A program made the translations under genes and the position numbers. Positions 56,912 through 64,000 of a DNA stretch of 64,000 bases are shown here, piece after piece. Each line of letters opens with the position of its first letter. Position 1 is the first letter of the stretch. Under the pieces are notes generated by a model. It saw only the letters and a list, made by a program, of their open reading frames with translations, ran no database searches and was not told the DNA's origin. Source of the DNA: the human T2T-CHM13v2.0 reference genome, Homo sapiens; NCBI GenBank assembly GCA_009914755.4, contig CP068257.2, forward strand, positions 37,312,001 through 37,376,000, given 5' to 3'.

Positions 56912-57131
56912 GTCTTAACCTGGGTGAGGAGTCAGGAGGTCTGTGAACTTAGATAGGAAAGAAATTCCATTTTTATTTTCCCTGACTTCTAACTACATGT
57001 TGGCCTTTTCTTCCTCGCAAAGTCTTAACCTGGGTGAGGAGTCAGGAGGTGTGTGAACTTAGATAGGAAAGAAATTCCATTTTTATTTTCCCTGACTTCT
57101 AACTACATGTTGGCCTTTTCTTCCATTAGGA
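56912..57131. repeat. Tandem duplication, 110-bp unit x2 (~98% identical)
   Basis: gtcttaacctgggtgaggagtcaggaggt(c/g)tgtgaacttagataggaaagaaattccatttttattttccctgacttctaactacatgttggccttttcttcc occurs twice in tandem. Second copy begins at 57022. A diverged relative of the unit is seen at about 12060-12160. Confidence 0.9.
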
Positions 57132-57139
57132 ACACAGGC

Positions 57140-58760
57140 AATGAAGCACACTGTGGGGGACACACCTGTGATTGTCGAAATCACGGATATTTTCATACTG
57201 CATTGCAGCTGTTGCCAGTATCATCAGTGACTTTCATCCTTCTCTCTGCTTTGTAATTATGGTGGTTATAAGGCGGACAACTCAATCTTGTCTTAAGCTA
57301 TTAATAAAAAACATGTGCACTATCATATCACAGTTGGGAGGGCGGGGTGGGGATTGTTACATTTTGTTACATTTTGTTAGCTGTATTTCAACATACTGGT
57401 TTCCTTGGGAAGCCCATGTACTTTTTTTCATGCATTTGAAGTCTGAATTCTGAGAAAGGGTCCATAGGCTTCCCTAGGCTGCCGCAGGGGTTCATGACAC
57501 AGAACAGGGTAAGAGCCACTGGCATGGACACTAGAAACCTACACCAATGCTGTTGTATCACTTTTCAGACAAGCTCTGTGCAGTCGGAATTTTTTAAAGA
57601 TGCACTGTCACTTGAGGAAGACAGGTGATCTTCCTGCGGCACAAATAGAAGCAAAGAGATTTCTCTTCTTCTCTGTAGAGCAACACAATTGATAAATGGC
57701 CGATAATCTCCACCAAATTGGCAGCAGTAGGCTGCCCGAAGGCAGCAGGCATATTCGTCTTTGTGAATTGTTTTACTATGATGCTGTCACATTTCCAGGA
57801 ATAAGACGGTTAAAATGATATATTGTTGTGGTTTGGCATTTGCAGCTTTGCTCTGACTTCCCTGGTAACTGCCAACATCTGCAAATTATTATGTGCTTAA
57901 AAAAAAAATCAACCGCCACCGCAGGCTGCCCCCACGGTCCCTGGCTGGGCCAGGCCTCCTGCCAGGCCACAGGGCAGAGTTCTTGGACCAGGAGGCAGCA
58001 GGGTCAAAACCCAGGTTGCCTAGGAAGCCCCCAAAGACAGTTATGGATAGAGCTGGGAGCCCGAAACACATGCGGCAGTCTCTCAGTTTCCAGGTACCGG
58101 TTCTCACATCATCCATGCATGTGTTTGAGGAAAAACAAAAAAAAATTGATGGTTGCCAAAAACAAAAATGCTTCCATATCAAAGTTTATCAGTGTCAATG
58201 TCAAGAGACTTCTGGTTCGTAGACTCATTTTGGCTTGAGGCCACCAGAAGTGAACTCTGGTTTCTAAATGCAGAAGCAGAGGCACTGGCCGATCATGGAA
58301 GATGCAGGGAACTGTTCAAGAGGCCCAAGCCTGGTGCTCAGAAACTTGGCAGGATCAAGCATCTCGCCCAGGAATTCATCCCCTGCTTGTCTAAGCCGGC
58401 TGGCTCTCGTGACTGACTCGGAACAACAGAGCAGATGTTTGCGTGGGAGGCAAGCCTCACCCAACATCTGTCCTGCGGCGGGAAGGCCTGGGTGTTCACA
58501 GATAGAGCTGGAGTTCCCCGGTGGGTGGCACAGACAATTAGCTGGGGCTGCCTCACATGTAATCTAATTACAGGGGAAACAGGCTCAAACACCGGGTGAT
58601 AAGCAGCGCAACTGTTTCGGGTGACTCTGTAATTTTTCCTCCATTAATTTTCTCCATAACGCACATGATTGTCATAAGGGTTAATTAAAAAGAGCGTGAG
58701 TGGCCTCATGTCACATGTAGCTGGACCAGAAAGTGTTGAGTACCTGCTCATGCGTGCAAG
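57140..58760. promoter_or_regulatory. Repeat-free block with homeodomain (TAAT) and TALE-type (CTGTCA) motif clusters; candidate conserved enhancer region
   Basis: No interspersed-repeat homology over about 1.6 kb. CpG retention of about 2 per 100 bp. The 58540-58720 core reads gacaattagctggggctgcctcacatgtaatctaattacagggg ... ctgtaatttttcctccattaattttctccataacgcacatgattgtcataagggttaattaaaaagagcgtg. Also ctgtcacttgagg and gctgtcacatttcc at about 57605 and 57785. Confidence 0.35.
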
Positions 58761-60174
58761 AGGAGGAGGGAGGAGCACATCACTGAACTTCACATGAAAT
58801 TGGATACCCGGGATTAGAGACAGTAGAGGGTTTTGGTGAAATCAGATACACATTGCAAAGCAGCACACCGCGATAATTCAATTTGGATATACTGACATGG
58901 ACTGTATAAACAAGGAGAATGGAAGGCAAAAGGGTGATTCCAGGGAGGCTTCCTGGAGGAGGTGAGCTCTTCAAAGAGGTCATGTGCACAGGTAGAGGAA
59001 AGAAATAGAAAAAAAAAAAAAAAAGAGCACTAGAGCCAAGGACAGGAAGGATCACAACCATAGGGACAAGGATCCAAAACCATGAGGTTAGAACCTGAAG
59101 ACAAGGAACCAGACTCAAGGAAAAAGTTTCCTTCAAAGATAACGGCTGATGGGTGCAAGGAGGTATCGAGGGATAGAGGATGTCCAACCCCAAGCTATAA
59201 GCAAAAGTCCAACAACTGATATCTCTTGTTTGCAACCCATCTCAAAGCCACCAAGCCTTGTGTAAACATCACCCAGAGTGGCCAAGACACCAAGTGAGCA
59301 GAGCCTGGTGACATCTAGGATTTGCACATAGCAGGCGATGAATAAACCCATGCTGTCTGACTTCGGAACTTTGACCTCAAGTTCATCACCTCTAGTATTT
59401 GTGGATGAAGTCAATGATAGAGTTAGTTCTTGCTTGTTCATGAAGCGGATGGTGCATCATTCTAAGCAATGCATAACATATCTGTTTTTAAAATGTTTTT
59501 ATATGCATCTTGGATCACATTAAAATTACTTTGCATTTTGGACCATACAACAACTGATGGGGTTGGGAGTAGGGAGTGGACACTCCAGCCCTTCCTGCAC
59601 TGAAAGAATGGATGTGCAAGCCACATGCTCTAAGAGGGTGGAGGCATCCTCTTACCTAAATACTAGACTGGCATCAGCAGCTGCAATCCCCGATCTAGTT
59701 GCCTTGCTGGCAGTATCTCAACCAATTGTTTTAATTTGAGACTTCATAATGACAATCCAAAGCTCACTTGATTATGATTATCACTGAGGAAGGCATTATT
59801 CAGAGTGTAGCAAATAGATAATATAGCTTTATCTACACAGCATCGCTCAGAGTGCAGCAAGTAAATCATATGGCCTGATCTACACACACACAAACACACA
59901 CACATGAAGTCAGGAATATCTGACAGTGCAGTTCTAGTGTCCCCAAGCCTGTGATGGGTGTGCAAGATAGCGCCGTCCTGGGTCTGGCCCGATCCACGGG
60001 CGTTTGGATTCTGGGTTGGCTCATCCCCTGGGCTTTCTCTGCTTCTGTGGATCCCACTCCAGAGAGTGCTGGCATCGCCTCTTTCTTCAGGCTCTGAAGC
60101 CTCTTTCAATTCAGAACTTGAAATTCATTGCAGAGAACCCTCAGTCGTTTTGTCTGCAATCAAGTGACGGTGAC

Positions 60175-60600
60175 TGCATTAGTCCCTGGGGCTGCCATAA
60201 CAAAGCACCACAAACGGGAGGCTTAAAACAACAGGAATTTATTCTCTCACCGTTCTGGAAACCAGAATTCTGAAATCAAGCTGTCGGCAGAGTTGGTTCT
60301 CTCGAAGGACTGGGAGGGAGAATCTGTTCCCTGCCTTGCCTTTAGATTCCGCTGCTTCCAGCAGTCCGTGGCTGTCACATGGCCTTCTCCCTCTGGAGTG
60401 TGTCTCTGTGTCTGTCCTCCTCTTCTTGTGATATCACGAGTCATATTGGAATAAGGGCCCACCAGACACCAGTATGATTTCATCTCAGCTAACTGCACTG
60501 GCAGTGACCTTATTTCCAAATAAAGCCAAATGCTGAAGCAGCAGGGGTTAGGACTTCAATGTGTCTCTCGCAGGGACACAATTGAACCCACAGCAGTCAA
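60175..60600 (+). mobile_element. ERVL-MaLR LTR fragment (MLT1-family 5' half)
   Basis: ctgccataacaaagcaccacaaacgggaggcttaaaacaacaggaatttattctctcaccgttctggaaaccagaattctgaaatcaagctgtcggcagagttggttctctcgaaggactgggagggagaatctgttccctgcc ... gtgatatcacgagtcatattggaataagggcccacc ... taggacttcaatgtgtctc is a typical MaLR LTR body. Confidence 0.65.
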
Positions 60601-61679
60601 ATACATAGTCCTTATTAACCATACATGTAGGTCTGCTTTCTGCTGTGTCTAACAGATGCGCTTTTCTGTCCGAGGTTGAAAATTAAGGCAGCTTCCTCCC
60701 TGCCAGGGTACCCCCTGCACAGGCCCCTGCCACAGCTGGTGGTTACTAGAAGTCTTTCATACTCTTCAGTCCTGTGACAATAATTTCGTGTTTCCATGCA
60801 CCCATATACAGACCCTAGCGCTTTTGGCAGGAAGAGAAGAATTTCTAAGTTGAGGCTGTTTAAAAGCGTCTCCCCAGTGAAGGGTCACCAGATTTAGCAA
60901 ATAAAAATACAGGACACCTAGTTAAATTTGGATTTCAGATAAACAATGAATAATTCTTCAGGATAAGCATGTCCCATGCAATATTTGGAACACATTTACA
61001 CTATAAAAATTACGAAAGTTCATGTTGCTGGGTGTCCTGTATTTCATCTGGCAAGCCTACACTGCCGGCACCAGAAAGTCCTTGAAGTGAGTCTCCTGAT
61101 CCTTCTCCACCCCCACCCTCAGTCCTGGCTCCATCTGCCCTAGAGGCTGAGGGCTTTCTATGTAACCCCCATGGAGACAGGGCATTATAAGATGCAAGGA
61201 TGTGAATGGAAAAAAATCACAAGATCTATACATCTGGAAAGGGGATCTTTATTTCTTCTAAAGGATTACAGCCTGCAGGGTGGCCATTCTGACAGGCCGG
61301 GAGACGCAGCCTCTGGCAGAAACAGCTGGCAGGCACCTGGAAGGAGGTGGTGTTGCAGCAGGAGCCTCATGCTGAATTGAGCTGGCCAAACATACATATT
61401 CAGGTTCCAGGAGGAGCTATGAATATTCACAAAGAGAGTCCTGAGCCGTGCCCACTGAACATGCACGTTACATGCGTCCCATGTTCACTTTGGGGTGGAG
61501 GCTTCACATTTAAAAGCATTACAATGAGTCCCTACACGTCAAAAGGTGAGGCAGGGACTCGAAGGCATACAAGTGTGCAGCTTCTATAATCAGCCTGAAC
61601 CAGGTCTATGGTTGGTGGTCTCTTACCAGGAGACTGAAATCAGCCTCTTGTCCAATCAAAGCTATAGTCACAGCTGTGG

Positions 61680-62000
61680 AACGGGGTCAGCCAGCGTCTG
61701 CAGGTGGATGAGCTGCAGTCGTTTGAATCTCGGGGCCGGTGCGTGTTTAGCTGCTGAAGAAAAAGAAGACGCTGTGGTGTGAGAGCAGAGTCCGTTCTCT
61801 AAGTGTAGAGTGCGCGGCTCGACCCTTACCTGGCGTGGCCTGAGGTGCTGCTTATAATTTGGTGTCTTATTGCCATAAGGAGTCTGTGCTGTCGGTCTCG
61901 TGTCTCTATTTTAGCATGACAGCCGATCATCGTCGTTTAAACCACAAAGGGGAGGGACTGTGATGAAGCGTGTCCGATCGCCCGTCCCCTCATGGCTGGG
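61680..62000. promoter_or_regulatory. Short CpG-island-like core (about 22 CpG in about 310 bp, obs/exp about 1) within a larger CpG-enriched unique block (61.7-63.4 kb)
   Basis: acggggtcagccagcgtctgcagg ... gcagtcgtttgaatctcggggccggtgcgtg ... gaagacgctg ... gtccgttc ... gtgcgcggctcgaccc ... ggcgtggcc ... gtcggtctcgtgtc ... gccgatcatcgtcgttt ... gaagcgtgtccgatcgcccgtcc. GC content is only about 52%, so CpG is not depleted here. Confidence 0.4.
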
Positions 62001-63884
62001 AGCTCAGCTTTCAGGTTTCTCTGGGGTCCCCTTGGCCAAGAGGGGGTCTGTTCAGTCACTTGGGGACTTCGGATTTTATTTTAGTTCTGAAAGAGTAGCA
62101 AATGGGGACCAACATGGAATTTGAAATGTATAGGAGGTAATTCCCAAAGTAAACCGCTCCGTGGACGTGATTCAGATCTGACTCCATGACAGTGCTGTCC
62201 CCTTCCCTGCCACCGTACTCCTCAAGGAGCTGGACGCGTCCTCGCAGGAGTGAGAGCTGCCTCGTCCACACCCACAAAGAAAGAACTCCACTCACATATT
62301 TCCCTGCAAATAAAGGGGCTCTGTATGTAATTAACTGACAAAAACGCGGGTGGAATTGCAGGTTTGGAAATAAAGTATAAGGCTCTATAACTCAGCCTGG
62401 CTCCGCACACACAAGCCGTCAACTGACACCTGAGCTGGACTGAAGCGGGAAGGGGGCTGGCCCCTGGTCAACACACACTGAACCCAGCGGCCAGTACACA
62501 TCCTGTTCAGCTGACATGGGCTCTGCAGAGAATTCCAGCTCCCTCTATTCCCCACCCCTCACACAGAAACCTCTTATCCAGTTTGAGAGAGGTGTGTGCA
62601 TGCATGTATGCACGTGCGTGTGCAGGCTTGTGTGCGTGCCTAATGAAAAGCAGCTTGTTCAGAGTTAGTCAAAGGCTTTGGGAATGAAACGCGGCTTTGA
62701 GCCCTTCCACAGCAGCTTTGAGGGGAGGCGTGTGTTGGTCAGAGCATGAAACCAGACGCCTGGAACACCGCCCAGCCAAACCCACCCGCAGCTCTGATGC
62801 AGGAGCTCGCACAGAGCATGACACGTTTCTCTGGGTTTGTTTTTTCTTTATCTACAAAGAAGTAGAAGGAGAAGGGAAAAGGATAGGAGTCCTAAAAGGC
62901 TTATTACTGCCCACGAGGGTCACTGGAATTGACTCAAGTCAGTGAAAGGCTTTGAAGATTAACGGGCCCATATAAATGTTAATTTGTTATGAGGTTTCTG
63001 CTAGGACGTTAAACAGAGCAGGGAAGACTTGCCTATAAAACACAGCATGCAGTCCTTGGTTATAATTAATGCCTATAAAGGTCTCTATATTGGATTCAGT
63101 CGAGGGCCTGGCAGGAGGGCAGTAAGGAGCCATTCCAGCTCCTTTTAGAGGCGAAAGTGGGGCTGTGGACGAATAGGTTCCTCAGAACAGTCACTGCCTG
63201 GGAAGCAAAACCACGGAATGAAAAGCTAGGGACAGTCCCCTAACGTGGGGGTGGGGCAATCAAAGGGAGCCGCCTTTGAAGAGCCCTGAGTCCCTTGAGG
63301 GGAAGGCGGCAACAAAGCGCCGCTTGTCCACCATCACCTGCAGCATGCTTTCCTTAATGAGGACGAGACCCAGGTGGCTCGGTCACTGCAGCTCCCTGGA
63401 AGGGACCCTCAGGCCCCCAAACTGGCAAGTCCCCACCTTCCCGCAGACTCAGGATGCTTCTTGTGGGAAAGCACACCCACACTTACAGTGACAGCAGTCA
63501 CGCTGACCTCAAAAATCCTCCAGGAAAATCAAAATGACACCAATTCACAGGATGTTCCCCAAAGTCCTAGTTTCACAAACTGGAAAACAGCGCAACCCAG
63601 CTGTGGTCCAGAGGTCCTGGTGACCTGGCAGCGACAGAATCTTCTCAGGCTGCCTCTGTGCTGCCCTTCTGTGCTGGGATGCACCTGTTGGGGAAAGCTG
63701 GGGTTAGGAAACCCAGTGGGTGAACAGGGAGAACTCAAGAACCAGCGAAGAAAAGCAACAACAGGCATATTCACATTTTAAAATGCTTCAGGTGCAGTTT
63801 ACATACTCTGTAAAGGTTGGTAAAAGTTACACAAATTATGCAAATATCATGTGGCTCACCTACTGTCATGGACAATATTGTGCA

Positions 63885-64000
63885 CCCCACAAAATTAATA
63901 TGTTGAAGCCGAACTCCCAGTCAGGGGTGACTGTATTTGGAAGCAGGGCCTTTAAAGAGGCGATTAAGTTAAGATGAGGCCGTTTGGTGGGCCTTAATCC
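63885..64000 (+). mobile_element. MLT1 MaLR LTR 5' start (runs off window end)
   Basis: gttgaagccgaactcccagtcaggggtgactgtatttggaagcagggcctttaaagaggcgattaagttaagatgaggccgtttggtgggccttaatcc matches the MLT1 5' consensus. Confidence 0.8.

Overview
This window is primate genomic DNA, most likely human or a close ape relative, and is not a gene-dense or prokaryotic locus. It carries about 17 Alu SINEs (including a near-consensus AluY with an intact TSD and a 29-nt pure poly-A), several solo MaLR LTRs (three THE1/MST copies and many MLT1 copies), LINE-1 3'-end fragments, MIR and MER5-like fossils, and assorted microsatellites. None of the six-frame ORFs reaches 200 aa. Most ORFs lie inside Alu, LTR or L1 sequence, or inside compositionally biased tracts. 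I therefore call no protein-coding genes, tRNAs or rRNAs, and I see no sign of a novel 'system' in the prokaryotic sense. The most interesting signals are non-coding. (1) At ~61.7-63.4 kb there is a repeat-free block whose CpG density is far above the surrounding background, with a ~300-bp core where CpG observed/expected is about 1. (2) Repeat-free blocks at ~18.2-19.1 kb and ~57.1-58.8 kb contain dense clusters of TAAT homeodomain-type motifs with retained CpGs, which is the signature of conserved developmental enhancers in a gene-poor regulatory landscape. (3) Several retrotransposition events are well resolved: two independent Alu insertions at the homologous position of two different MLT1 LTRs, an AluY that landed in the TSD of an older AluJ, and an L1 fragment with an 11-bp TSD. 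(4) There are two nearly perfect local tandem duplications, 79 bp x2 and 110 bp x2. All coordinates are by eye and approximate to within a few bp. Repeat family names come from memory of consensus sequences, not from a database search.
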